From a virus (taxonomy: Duplodnaviria; Caudoviricetes): a stretch of 64,000 bases of DNA. The notes beneath the pieces are model-generated. The model saw only the letters and a list, made by a program, of their open reading frames with translations. It was not told where the DNA came from and did not search any database. The stretch lies in IMG/VR virus record IMGVR_UViG_3300044630_000587, positions 937 to 64,936 of that record, one strand, 5' to 3'. Position numbers and translations under genes: made by a program. Below are positions 1-9,050 of the stretch, in pieces. How positions within the stretch are numbered: the stretch's first letter is position 1; each line of letters begins with the position of its first letter.

Positions 1-147
1 ACTATCTATGGTGGCAACGCTATGGCTAAGTTCTTACTGAATAAGGAAAAGATTGACCGACTCTTGGAAATCCGCAACAAGTTAGGTCGGGATGAGTTCG
101 ATGCGGAGTTAAACAAACTGAAAGAGGTAATGACAAATGAAGCGTAA
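1..147 (+). CDS. 3' end of an early hypothetical protein, truncated by the window edge
   Basis: Open frame from base 1 (TIYGGNAMAKFLLNKEK...MTNEA) to TAA at 145-147, overlapping the next ATG at 137. Confidence 0.55.
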   Translation, partial: TIYGGNAMAKFLLNKEKIDRLLEIRNKLGRDEFDAELNKLKEVMTNEA

Positions 148-430
148 AAATACTGGCGTAGACACACAAAAAGGTAGTCGCTCGACTACACAAGTAGTTC
201 GTCTTAAGAAACCATACGAGGGTGGCGACATCCTCATGGATTGGCACAGGGAGAAAACCAAGTCATCCGCAAGCGAAGCGTATAAAGATGCTGACTATGC
301 GACTGGCTTGTGGCGGTGTGAAACCGATTGGGATAGGTTCAAGGAATATCTCACTTGGATTGGTATGTGGGCGGTATTGCTTGGCAGTATGTACCTGATG
401 GCAACGTACTTTCACGAGGTGACAGTATGA
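137..430 (+). CDS. hypothetical protein with C-terminal transmembrane helix
   Basis: GAGG SD upstream; hydrophobic C-terminus YLTWIGMWAVLLGSMYLMA; ATGA overlap with next gene. Confidence 0.7.
   Translation: MKRKNTGVDTQKGSRSTTQVVRLKKPYEGGDILMDWHREKTKSSASEAYKDADYATGLWRCETDWDRFKEYLTWIGMWAVLLGSMYLMATYFHEVTV
174..189. repeat. early-region palindrome copy (GTAGTCG-CT-CGACTAC)
   Basis: 7-bp perfect inverted repeat with CT spacer; same core at 686, 3944, 63081 and 63973. Confidence 0.9.
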
Positions 431-579
431 ACACAGGGCAGATCAAGCGTATTGGTAAAAGAACTTACTGCGTAGTGTGCTGGACTGAGTACGACGTAAC
501 TCTTCAAAGTATGGATGAAGAACGTCTGATCGTGGTCATGCCTCGCAAGTTCATGGGTGGGCTTAGGAAGGGTCAATAA
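427..579 (+). CDS. small hypothetical protein (50 aa, MNTGQIKR...)
   Basis: GAGGT SD and ATGA coupling to the upstream gene; start at 427 preferred over 355. Confidence 0.6.
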   Translation: MNTGQIKRIGKRTYCVVCWTEYDVTLQSMDEERLIVVMPRKFMGGLRKGQ

Positions 580-580
580 C

Positions 581-609
581 TTGACTTACCTATTAAAGTC
601 TTGTATAAT
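581..609 (+). promoter_or_regulatory. sigma70-type promoter
   Basis: TTGACT(581-586)-N17-TATAAT(604-609) in the intergenic gap before 662. Confidence 0.85.
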
Positions 610-661
610 AGTAGTTATAGTAGTAAAGTGTAGTAAACATTAACTTAAACAGGAGAATCAA

Positions 662-1555
662 ATGGAAACAAGTAACCAAGCAGTTGTTAGTCGCTCGACT
701 AACTTTTCAGTACCAAGTATCTCGTCCTCTGCAATGTTGGTCGAGTTAAACATAAGCGTGTGGACAGGTCGCAAGTTCGACAAGGGTGTGAGCCAAGAGA
801 TCGACACACAGAAACAAACTACCACAAGGGCTGGCAATTACAGTAAGCGACTGTTCGCTGACGAGCCAATCTTTGATGCAATACAGAAGTACGCTGGCAA
901 TAGCCGTACCTATCACTACCATGCGACGATGCCATGGTCTGACTCAGGTCTTAGGTTATTGACCACAACCATGTTCTTTGACTATCAGAAGGAAATCTCA
1001 GGCATGGAGATGGAGTTCAACCGCCTAGTCGAGCAGTTCGTGAACCAGTACGACAAGCTAGTGCTACAGGCACAGATGAAGCTAGGTGCATTGTTCAACC
1101 CCGACGACTACCCCCATGTGGACACAGTTCGGGAGAAGTTTAGATTCTCGGTCAAGTTTGCACCCGTACCCGAAGTGGGTGATTGGCGGGTCAATGTGGG
1201 CAATGAAGCACAGGAGATGTTAAAGGAAAGCTATGCCGAATACTATCAGGCAAACCTTGAGCAAGCCTATGCAGATGTGTGGGAGCGTACACACGAAGCC
1301 CTCAAGCGTATGAGCGAGAAGTTATCAGGTGAGAAGAAGCAGATATTCAGGGACACCCTCGTGGGTAATGTACAGGAGATGATCGACTTGCTCGACAAGT
1401 TCAACATTACTGGCGACCCGAAGATGAAGCAAGCCAAGGTCAAGATGGAGAGTGCCTTGTCGGGTATCACCCCTGATGCGTTGCGTGAAGATGATGCGTT
1501 GCGACATGATGTCAAGAGCAAAGTCGATTCTTTACTCAAAGAGTTTTCGTGGTAA
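662..1555 (+). CDS. DUF3150-like phage protein preceding the AAA ATPase/VWA pair
   Basis: AACAGGAG SD; 297 aa helical protein (SSAMLVELNISVWTGRK); position upstream of AAA + VWA genes; family name from recollection. Confidence 0.6.
   Translation: METSNQAVVSRSTNFSVPSISSSAMLVELNISVWTGRKFDKGVSQEIDTQKQTTTRAGNYSKRLFADEPIFDAIQKYAGNSRTYHYHATMPWSDSGLRLLTTTMFFDYQKEISGMEMEFNRLVEQFVNQYDKLVLQAQMKLGALFNPDDYPHVDTVREKFRFSVKFAPVPEVGDWRVNVGNEAQEMLKESYAEYYQANLEQAYADVWERTHEALKRMSEKLSGEKKQIFRDTLVGNVQEMIDLLDKFNITGDPKMKQAKVKMESALSGITPDALREDDALRHDVKSKVDSLLKEFSW
686..703. repeat. early-region palindrome copy (GTTAGTCG-CT-CGACTAAC)
   Basis: 8-bp arms, inside the 5' end of the 662 gene. Confidence 0.9.
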
Positions 1556-1560
1556 GAAGT

Positions 1561-1584
1561 TACGGGGTAGTACGCTACCCTGTA
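1561..1584 (+). promoter_or_regulatory. intergenic stem-loop with UACG loop and no U tract
   Basis: TACGGGGTAG-TACG-CTACCCTGTA, 10 bp with one G-U. Confidence 0.55.
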
Positions 1585-1626
1585 CCTGAAGCTGTATCTA
1601 TTAACTAACTTAAAGGAAATACCAAA

Positions 1627-2751
1627 ATGGCAAAAGCAATCCAAACCGCAGACCGCATCTACGCTCAATCATTGGACGAGTGCGTTGATTCCATCCTAGC
1701 AACAGGTGACAAGATCACAACCCTTGTACAGGGTCATATGGGTACAGGCAAGTCCTCAATCCTTAAGATGTTAGCCGCTCGACTACCCGATCATGTACCT
1801 TGTTACTTTGACTGCACCACTAAAGACCTTGGCGATCTGATGTTGCCGAAAATACTGCGTGACGACAGTACCCAAGACTATGTCCGCTTTGTACCTAACG
1901 AAGAGATGGGCTTACACCATGGGAAACCAATCATCTTAATGATTGACGAGTTCGGTAAGGCTAACCCCATGGTCAAGAACGGCATGATGCGTGTAATGCT
2001 AGAGCGTACCTTTGGTACTGACAAGTTACCCGAAGGTTCAATCATCTTTGCAACTACTAACCTAGGCACAGAAGGGGTGGGCGACTTGCTCATGCCACAT
2101 CACCGCAATCGTATTACGACTATCCGTATGAAGAAGCCGACTGCTACCGATTGGATCGAGGGGTTCGCATTCAACGCTGGCATACATCCATCTATGATCT
2201 TATGGGTTAAGGAGAATGGTGAGCAACTGTTTCAGTCATTCGAGGATGTCGAGAAGCCTGACGACGAAGTAGGTGGTAATCCGTATATCTATCACCCACA
2301 AGCACAACGTCCGTCATTCGTGACACCTCGCTCTCTTGAACTGGCAAGCCATTGGCTATGGGCGAAGGACAAGATCAGCGACAACTCGCTCAAGTCTAAC
2401 CTCATCGGCACTATCGGTGATCGGGCTGGCTCTGACCTTGGTGCATACATAAAGTTAGTCGACGAGCTACCCAAGCTAGAAGATATTAAGAGTGATCCTC
2501 TCAATGCGAAGATACCTAGCAACTCATCGGCAATCGTGATGGTGGTATATCGTGCCTTGGCAACAATCAACAAGGAATGGATTGACCCATGGATGGACTA
2601 CCTCAACCGCCTAGACATGGAAGCACAGTCATTGTTCGCTATGCAAGTGCGTAACCCCAAGTATGCCAAGCAGTCAATGGTCATGAGCAATAAGAAGTTT
2701 ACTGCGTGGTGCATGGCTAACAACTTTATGTTCACAGCAGACAAGAAGTAA
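1627..2751 (+). CDS. MoxR-like AAA+ ATPase
   Basis: Walker A GHMGTGKS, Walker B ILMIDE, sensor-1 ATTN, arginine finger RNR, TPRS motif. Confidence 0.9.
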   Translation: MAKAIQTADRIYAQSLDECVDSILATGDKITTLVQGHMGTGKSSILKMLAARLPDHVPCYFDCTTKDLGDLMLPKILRDDSTQDYVRFVPNEEMGLHHGKPIILMIDEFGKANPMVKNGMMRVMLERTFGTDKLPEGSIIFATTNLGTEGVGDLLMPHHRNRITTIRMKKPTATDWIEGFAFNAGIHPSMILWVKENGEQLFQSFEDVEKPDDEVGGNPYIYHPQAQRPSFVTPRSLELASHWLWAKDKISDNSLKSNLIGTIGDRAGSDLGAYIKLVDELPKLEDIKSDPLNAKIPSNSSAIVMVVYRALATINKEWIDPWMDYLNRLDMEAQSLFAMQVRNPKYAKQSMVMSNKKFTAWCMANNFMFTADKK

Positions 2752-2774
2752 TCAACAACTAACAGGAGAATGTT

Positions 2775-3947
2775 ATGTTATCAATAGGTAAAACACTAAC
2801 CGCCGAGCAACGGCTATGGAAGGCAACGACTGACATCTTAGGTCGTGATGAGTTCGTAGCCCTAGCTGGTGTACTGATGATCGGTTCGAAGAAGGTAGTC
2901 GACGGGCTACCAACTGCGTGTACCAATGGTCGTGACGAGTTATATGGTCGTGAGTTTGTCGATAGCTTGAATGATGCCGAGTTTAGATTCTTAATCTTGC
3001 ATGAGTGCTATCACAAGATGTATCGCCACTTAACAACTTGGGGTGACTTGCATGACCAAAATGCAGGGAGAGCCAATCGTGCTTGCGATTATGTTATTAA
3101 CGGGAAACTGATGGACATGGATTTGGGCGGGTGGATTCAGATGCCCAAGGGTGGGTGTCTTGACCACAAGTATCGTGGCATGAATGCCAAGCAGGTTTTC
3201 GATATGTTGGAAGACGACGACGAGGGCGGTGGGGGAACTGGCATCTCTACCGAGGGCTTTGATTCCCATGACTGGGAAGGGGCAAGAGCGTTGTCAGCCG
3301 AGGAAGCCGAAGCACTAGCCAAGGAAATTGACGAGGCGGTTCGCCAAGGTTCTACCCTAGCCAGTAAGACTGGGTCAGGTGGTAATCGAGATATTGGTGA
3401 GTTACTACAGACCAAGAAGGACTGGAAAGAACTACTGCGTGACTTTGTGTCAACAACTTGTGCAGGTAAGGACTACTCAACTTGGAAGAAACCGAATCGT
3501 AGGTTCATTGGTATGGACATACTCATGCCAAGCAGTATCAGCGAAACCATGGGTGAACTTGTTGTGGCAATAGATACCTCGGGTTCAATCGGTCAGCATG
3601 AACTATCGGTGTTCTTAACCGAGATCAAGGGTATCTGCGATCAGGTCAAGCCAAGCAAGGTTCGCCTACTGTACTGGGACACACAAGTATGTGGTCACGA
3701 AGTCTATGACGAATCAGATCGGGATAACCTCGTGCGATCTACCAAGCCCAAGGGTGGTGGGGGTACAGATGTGGAATGTGTGCCTCTGTACATGAACGAG
3801 CATAGTATCAAGCCCGAAGCGGTGGTGGTATTGACCGACGGCTATCTCGGTGGGTCATGGGGTCGATGGAGTGTACCTGTCATATGGTGCATACAGGGTA
3901 ACAAGTCAGCCTGTGCAGATGTAGGCACAACTGTTCATATTGAGTAG
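2775..3947 (+). CDS. DUF2201-type metallopeptidase plus VWA-like domain protein
   Basis: TACTNG, HECYH zincin motif, MIDAS DTSGS, GGGTD, VVLTDG. Confidence 0.9.
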   Translation: MLSIGKTLTAEQRLWKATTDILGRDEFVALAGVLMIGSKKVVDGLPTACTNGRDELYGREFVDSLNDAEFRFLILHECYHKMYRHLTTWGDLHDQNAGRANRACDYVINGKLMDMDLGGWIQMPKGGCLDHKYRGMNAKQVFDMLEDDDEGGGGTGISTEGFDSHDWEGARALSAEEAEALAKEIDEAVRQGSTLASKTGSGGNRDIGELLQTKKDWKELLRDFVSTTCAGKDYSTWKKPNRRFIGMDILMPSSISETMGELVVAIDTSGSIGQHELSVFLTEIKGICDQVKPSKVRLLYWDTQVCGHEVYDESDRDNLVRSTKPKGGGGTDVECVPLYMNEHSIKPEAVVVLTDGYLGGSWGRWSVPVIWCIQGNKSACADVGTTVHIE

Positions 3948-3959
3948 TCGCTCGACTAC
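3944..3959. repeat. early-region palindrome copy overlapping the VWA stop codon
   Basis: GTAGTCGCTCGACTAC. Confidence 0.9.
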
Positions 3960-3971
3960 ATGGAGATTGAA

Positions 3972-4070
3972 ATGTTAGAGATTGTGGTTGTATTTTTTAT
4001 GGCAAGTGGTGTATGTGCATGGGGCTTCATTGCCTATGTATTGATTAACTTAATATGGGGAGATAAATGA
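3972..4070 (+). CDS. 32-aa single-pass membrane protein (not in ORF track)
   Basis: GGAG SD; MLEIVVVFFMASGVCAWGFIAYVLINLIWGDK; TGA overlaps ATG at 4067. Confidence 0.6.
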   Translation: MLEIVVVFFMASGVCAWGFIAYVLINLIWGDK

Positions 4071-4981
4071 TGGGCTCAAATTGGTATACAAAACAAGGAC
4101 TAAGTTCTTTTGACGAAGTAGTACAAGCGTACAGCATGATTAAGCCGATTCGTGGGGCAAGAGCAGATCAAGACTTGCGACCACTAGCCGAGCGTAGATA
4201 CTGGTGGAATCGTATTCACAAGTCATCTGATAACAAGTATGTGCTATGTGATGGGCATTGGGCATTTAATAGTGGTAATGGTGGTGACAACATTCGTGAG
4301 CAGACTGCGCCGATTGTATGGGAACGTAAGGCTGATGGTGACTACATAACTGTGCGTAGCCATATGAACGATGGTATCTCGGTATCTCGCTATACATTTT
4401 TGGATAGATGGTTGCCCAAGGATATGCGGTTCGATTGGTACACCACTACTGGTAAACACTTTGTCAAGTATCAAGGCAAGGAACTCTATCTACCTAAGTT
4501 CAAGGGCAAGATGGACTGGAGCGCCCAGACCTTTGAGATGTTAGAGGATAACAAGTTAGTGTTTAAGCATACGGCTGATGGGTTCGAGCGTGTGGGAGAT
4601 CTTGTGCCTATGCAGACACGTCGCATTGACAAGGAAGTAGATGCTAAGTACAAGCCCAAGATGAAGGAGATGTGGGAGTGGATGTTTGCCGTACTGCCTG
4701 TACTGGGGGATACTTTAGGTAGTAGTAGAAGCGCATATGCTGAGTTATTAACTGATGGTAGAACAAGCTATTGGTATTGGGATAGATACATGGATAAGAA
4801 CTTAATCCGTGACATCTTAGATAACCCCGATCACGATAAGCGTATGGCACTAGCGGTGATGACTGCGTACCAAGCAGATGCAGTAACGGGCGGTAGGTTT
4901 GACCCACAAAAAGATTCGTACGCAAAGTTCAGGGCTTGCTTGCGTAAAACAGGCGGTATGTTGGCAGTAGAACTACGTTAA
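4067..4981 (+). CDS. hypothetical protein
   Basis: 304-aa ORF with GGAG SD, in operon order. Confidence 0.8.
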   Translation: MMGSNWYTKQGLSSFDEVVQAYSMIKPIRGARADQDLRPLAERRYWWNRIHKSSDNKYVLCDGHWAFNSGNGGDNIREQTAPIVWERKADGDYITVRSHMNDGISVSRYTFLDRWLPKDMRFDWYTTTGKHFVKYQGKELYLPKFKGKMDWSAQTFEMLEDNKLVFKHTADGFERVGDLVPMQTRRIDKEVDAKYKPKMKEMWEWMFAVLPVLGDTLGSSRSAYAELLTDGRTSYWYWDRYMDKNLIRDILDNPDHDKRMALAVMTAYQADAVTGGRFDPQKDSYAKFRACLRKTGGMLAVELR

Positions 4982-4999
4982 CAACTTATTAACAGGAGA

Positions 5000-5995
5000 A
5001 TGGAAATGTCAAAACTAGCAAGAATAAATAGGGTGATGTCCGATGTCGGGCATCGGGGCAAGATAGCAGGGGTAATCGAAGGTGCAAAGGTATCAGGGCA
5101 TCAGTACTTTGTCGATGAGCATCCATGCAATAAAGAACTTATGGAGTTTGTACAGGGTGTGCAGAAAGCTATGCCGAAAGTAAAGTTTTACCCGAATACC
5201 TTTGGGTACATGACTTTACCTGTGCATGATGAGAACGGGGTGTATCAGACCACAAAGCAGGTGCGTATATGCGACGAGTTCTTTGTGTATATGGACGACT
5301 TCCCGTTTGATATAGGTCGTGTCGGTTGGGCGGACAATGCAGTCAATGGCAAGGGGGAGTTCAGCTATTCGGTATATAGCCGTAAGATACAGAACGCTAA
5401 GTATGCACAACACCGAGATCAGCACTTCATGATTATGTCCAAGGACATGGGTAAAGCTATCAAGAACGCAACTAAATATCTTATACCGTACACCACTCGT
5501 GAGTTAGCTCAGGCTTTCTATGAACCTTTACATGAGCAAGTGTCTAAGGTATTGGACGATGTAAAGTCTAAGATGCACAACGGGGCTAGGGACATAGTTA
5601 ATAACCGCATGGCTATCTTGCAAGAGGTACAAGCCCTAGTAAAACAGGGGGCGCAGTTCGTTACCCCTGAGTTCAGGGACTTAGCCAGTAAGGTCGATCA
5701 ACTTATTGCCGATTACGCAGAGCAAGACAAGCGTAAGGTATCAGCAGTATTTGTACGATTTAAGCAGGTCGGGGACGACACTTATGTGGACGTGCAAGAT
5801 GTTATGAACGTGCGTGAGATTCGTTGGGATGTGAAGATGAACCTTGGTAGCCTTGCGACTACATATCCATTAAACGAGTTACCACAAGATATAGCCGAGC
5901 AAGTGTCAGTTCTTAGTATCTTAGAGAATGATGGCTATGTGGCTGGTGTTGGTATGAAGATTGACGATTCTACATTTTGGGTGGAGAGAGGTTAA
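5000..5995 (+). CDS. hypothetical protein (start 5000 or 5006)
   Basis: 331-aa ORF, AACAGGAG SD. Confidence 0.8.
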   Translation: MEMSKLARINRVMSDVGHRGKIAGVIEGAKVSGHQYFVDEHPCNKELMEFVQGVQKAMPKVKFYPNTFGYMTLPVHDENGVYQTTKQVRICDEFFVYMDDFPFDIGRVGWADNAVNGKGEFSYSVYSRKIQNAKYAQHRDQHFMIMSKDMGKAIKNATKYLIPYTTRELAQAFYEPLHEQVSKVLDDVKSKMHNGARDIVNNRMAILQEVQALVKQGAQFVTPEFRDLASKVDQLIADYAEQDKRKVSAVFVRFKQVGDDTYVDVQDVMNVREIRWDVKMNLGSLATTYPLNELPQDIAEQVSVLSILENDGYVAGVGMKIDDSTFWVERG

Positions 5996-5996
5996 T

Positions 5997-6416
5997 ATGC
6001 GTGGATACATGAGTCCCCAAGCACAAAAGGAAAAGTCGCTATACCTTAGCTTCTTTACCGATCTATCGTGGGTGTATATGGATAGGGCTAAACAGAATAT
6101 TAGTGCGCCCGAAGAAATGATTTTGATGTATATTGAAAAGGTCAAGGAAGAACCTGTCTATAGAATAGTTATCCATGACGATGGTATGGTAGAAACCGCT
6201 TGCTATGAGATGTTGGATGCGTTTGACCCTGAGTTAAATAATTCTTATAAAAGTGTTGACGAATTACCAAATTGGGTGCAAGATAAACTCGCTGTACTAA
6301 TGCTACTTGACCACAAGAAAGTTAATGAAGAAGTCAAGGGTGTTGGTAGGCGGATAAATGAAAGAACGTATTGGGTGTTTAAGGGAGAACTAGGTGGCAA
6401 CGACCCCCGAAGGTAA
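5997..6416 (+). CDS. hypothetical protein
   Basis: GAGG SD before ATG 5997; LPNWVQDKLAVL...GVGRRI resembles the C-terminus of the preceding protein (LPQDIAEQVSVL...GVGMKI). Confidence 0.75.
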   Translation: MRGYMSPQAQKEKSLYLSFFTDLSWVYMDRAKQNISAPEEMILMYIEKVKEEPVYRIVIHDDGMVETACYEMLDAFDPELNNSYKSVDELPNWVQDKLAVLMLLDHKKVNEEVKGVGRRINERTYWVFKGELGGNDPRR

Positions 6417-6726
6417 AGTTAAGAAGTCGGTTCGCCAAGTCCTTGATGGGCTTGGTGCTTACTATGTGATGCCAGTTACAGGCGGATATGGTAGGCAAGG
6501 CGCACCTGACTTTTTAGTTTGCATCCAAGGTAAATTTTTCGGCATTGAAACTAAGGCTGGAAAGGGGAAGCTAACCCTCTTGCAAGAAATGAATCTTAAA
6601 AAGATTATCGAATCAGGCGGAGTAGCTTTAGTAGTAAGGGAAGGTGACGTAAAGTATCTACCCTCTTTATTAACAACAGGAGAAAGTAACTATGAAGAAG
6701 CAATCAGCAACAAAACAAATTCTTAA
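6394..6726 (+). CDS. VRR-NUC / PD-(D/E)XK Holliday-junction-resolvase-like nuclease
   Basis: TPEGKVK...GAPDFL...IETKAG...LTLLQ motif. Confidence 0.85.
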   Translation: MATTPEGKVKKSVRQVLDGLGAYYVMPVTGGYGRQGAPDFLVCIQGKFFGIETKAGKGKLTLLQEMNLKKIIESGGVALVVREGDVKYLPSLLTTGESNYEEAISNKTNS

Positions 6727-7129
6727 TCTATTAAATACCAAGGGTGGTTATAAACCCAAAGATTTAATCAAAGAACTTAAACTACCAGCAAGTAACATCT
6801 ACGCTGGCTTGGCATACTTGCATAAGAAAAAGAAGATCGCCAAAGAAGAAGATGGTGTGTACATTACACAATCATTGCAGATGCCTTTGTACAAAGAGAA
6901 GAAAGCAGTGAGTAGCCGAGCGACTACAAATAAAGTAGCACTAGATAACACCAAGTACATTCGTTCACTTGAAACACAAGTGCATACGTTAGAGAAATTG
7001 CACGACGGGTGGCGACAGAACTACAAGAAACTCGAAGCCGATTACACCCAAGCTAAGATCATGTACCTAAATAGCCAAGCAGTAGTAACGTACTTGGAAG
7101 AGAAGGTTGCTCAACTTATCAAGGGGTAA
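6692..7129 (+). CDS. putative winged-HTH DNA-binding protein with coiled-coil tail
   Basis: QILNLL...PKDLIKELKLPASNIYAGLAYL pattern; AACAGGAG SD. Confidence 0.55.
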   Translation: MKKQSATKQILNLLNTKGGYKPKDLIKELKLPASNIYAGLAYLHKKKKIAKEEDGVYITQSLQMPLYKEKKAVSSRATTNKVALDNTKYIRSLETQVHTLEKLHDGWRQNYKKLEADYTQAKIMYLNSQAVVTYLEEKVAQLIKG

Positions 7130-7132
7130 GTC

Positions 7133-7423
7133 ATGAACAAGTGGACTAAAGAAAACTTTGAAATCTACGATGCTCAAAACCCTGCCATTTGGGATATGTT
7201 TAAGGTGTTCTCTTTACAAGTAGCCCGTAAACGAAAATACTTTTCAGCTAAATGTGTATTCCATCGTATACGTTGGGAAACAACTATTGGCAACAAGGGG
7301 GACTTCAAGATAGATGATGGTTGGATTAGTCACTACGCTAGGAAGTTTGCTAAAGAGTTCCCTGAGTATGAAGATTTATTTAAGTTTAGAACCCGTAAAG
7401 ATACTTACCACGAAGTAGATTGA
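7133..7423 (+). CDS. hypothetical phage protein
   Basis: 96-aa ORF, NPAIW...RIRWET...HYARKF. Confidence 0.7.
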   Translation: MNKWTKENFEIYDAQNPAIWDMFKVFSLQVARKRKYFSAKCVFHRIRWETTIGNKGDFKIDDGWISHYARKFAKEFPEYEDLFKFRTRKDTYHEVD

Positions 7424-7448
7424 CCAATAAGAAACCAAGGAGTATTAA

Positions 7449-8222
7449 ATGTTAGAAAATGTAGAAGCAGTAGAAGTTAAAAAACCAGCTAAGTTATTTG
7501 TAGCTACACCAATGTACGGCGGTTTATGTACTGGTGGGTACACCATGGGGGTTCTTAACTGTGTGCAGACGTTTGCACCACGAGGTATTCAGATGTACTA
7601 CTCCTACATGATGAATGAGTCTTTGATTACTCGTGCTCGTAACGGCATGGCATATGACTTTATGCAGTCGGATGCTACACACCTGATGTTTATTGATGCA
7701 GACATTAGCTTTGACCCAAGGGACATCTTGCGTATGGTTGATGCGGACAAAGATATTATCTGCGGACTGTACCCAAAGAAAGAAATTAACTGGCAGTTAG
7801 TATCTGATGCGGTTAAGAAGGGTGTGGACTATAAAGACTTGCCTAACTACACAGGGTCATTCGTGGTAAACCTAGTGGGTGGTGCGCTTGAAACTACTGG
7901 CGACATAAACACCCCGATGGAGATTGACAACGGCGGTACAGGATTCATGCTGATTAAGCGTGAGGTATTTGATAAGTTAAAACCAACTGTGCCGAAGTAC
8001 ACAAACGACATGATTCTGATTGTGGACAAGAACCCAGTTAAGAAAATCATTGACGAGTACTTTGCTACTAGCATTGACGAAACATCTAATCGTTTGTTAT
8101 CAGAGGACTACCACTTCTGCAAGATTGCACGACAAGCTGGCTTCAAAGTATATGCCGCACCTTGGGCAAATCTAACCCATAGCGGAACGTATAACTTTAG
8201 TGGTACTTTGCCAAGAGGTTAA
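7449..8222 (+). CDS. GT-A fold glycosyltransferase-like protein
   Basis: VATPMYGG, ESLITRARN, FIDADI (DxD), GTGFMLIKR, SEDYHFC. Confidence 0.8.
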   Translation: MLENVEAVEVKKPAKLFVATPMYGGLCTGGYTMGVLNCVQTFAPRGIQMYYSYMMNESLITRARNGMAYDFMQSDATHLMFIDADISFDPRDILRMVDADKDIICGLYPKKEINWQLVSDAVKKGVDYKDLPNYTGSFVVNLVGGALETTGDINTPMEIDNGGTGFMLIKREVFDKLKPTVPKYTNDMILIVDKNPVKKIIDEYFATSIDETSNRLLSEDYHFCKIARQAGFKVYAAPWANLTHSGTYNFSGTLPRG

Positions 8223-8223
8223 T

Positions 8224-8322
8224 GTGAACCCACAACTGCAAGCTATATTGCATAACATCTTCACCCGCCTCAAAGCATTAGAGGATGCGGTGGAGGAGTT
8301 AAAAAAGGAGATGAATAAATGA
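8224..8322 (+). CDS. 32-aa coiled-coil peptide (not in ORF track)
   Basis: GAGG SD, GTG start, fills the gap exactly and its TGA overlaps ATG 8319. Confidence 0.5.
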   Translation: MNPQLQAILHNIFTRLKALEDAVEELKKEMNK

Positions 8323-9050
8323 TACCGAACTGTGAATTAGTTAAAGTAGATGGCACACAGTTTCTTGTATTCAAAGGGCAGGATTTAATATCAAACCACT
8401 TGAAGAAAGAACTGTATGAGAATGACATCCATCAGCTTGCGTTAAAGATACTAATGGGTAAGCCTGATGGAGTAGTGCTAGACATTGGTGCGAACCTAGG
8501 TACGTTCTGTGTACCACTTGCACGAAAGACCCCTAAGCTGAAGTTCCATGCGTTTGAACCACAACGGATAATTTACTATCAGTTATGCGCCAATACGATT
8601 ATTAACGGGCTGTATAACATCGAGTGCCATCATTTTGGGCTATCAAACGACCGTAATGTTTTGCTGTTAGATGTGCCTGACTACGCTACCGAAACAAACA
8701 TCGGTGCGTTTAGTATTGATAAGGAAGTTCGTAAGAATGAGTACGAATGTAAGACAACGAGTACTAAAGAAGCTATAACTATTTTCCCGTTGGATGAGGG
8801 GGGATATAAGAACGTACGGCTAATCAAGATTGATGTAGAGGGTCATGAGTTAGAGGTGTTGCAGGGTGGTATCGAAACAATCAAGCGCAACAACTACCCA
8901 CCGATTATCTTTGAAGCGTGGACATGGAAGCCTTGGTATCAGGAGAAGCGTAAAGCGTTGTTCGATTACCTAGAAGGTCATGGATACGAGATTACAGAAC
9001 TAGGTCAAAACAACTTAGCACGACACCCTAAACACGAGGAAATGAAATGA
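8319..9050 (+). CDS. FkbM-family SAM-dependent methyltransferase
   Basis: VLDIGANLG, AFEP, IKIDVEGHELEVLQG. Confidence 0.9.
   Translation: MIPNCELVKVDGTQFLVFKGQDLISNHLKKELYENDIHQLALKILMGKPDGVVLDIGANLGTFCVPLARKTPKLKFHAFEPQRIIYYQLCANTIINGLYNIECHHFGLSNDRNVLLLDVPDYATETNIGAFSIDKEVRKNEYECKTTSTKEAITIFPLDEGGYKNVRLIKIDVEGHELEVLQGGIETIKRNNYPPIIFEAWTWKPWYQEKRKALFDYLEGHGYEITELGQNNLARHPKHEEMK

Noticed and set aside
2894-2911. GGTAGTC-GACG-GGCTACC as another palindrome copy
   Set aside because: The centre differs from GCTC and it lies in coding sequence; it may be chance.
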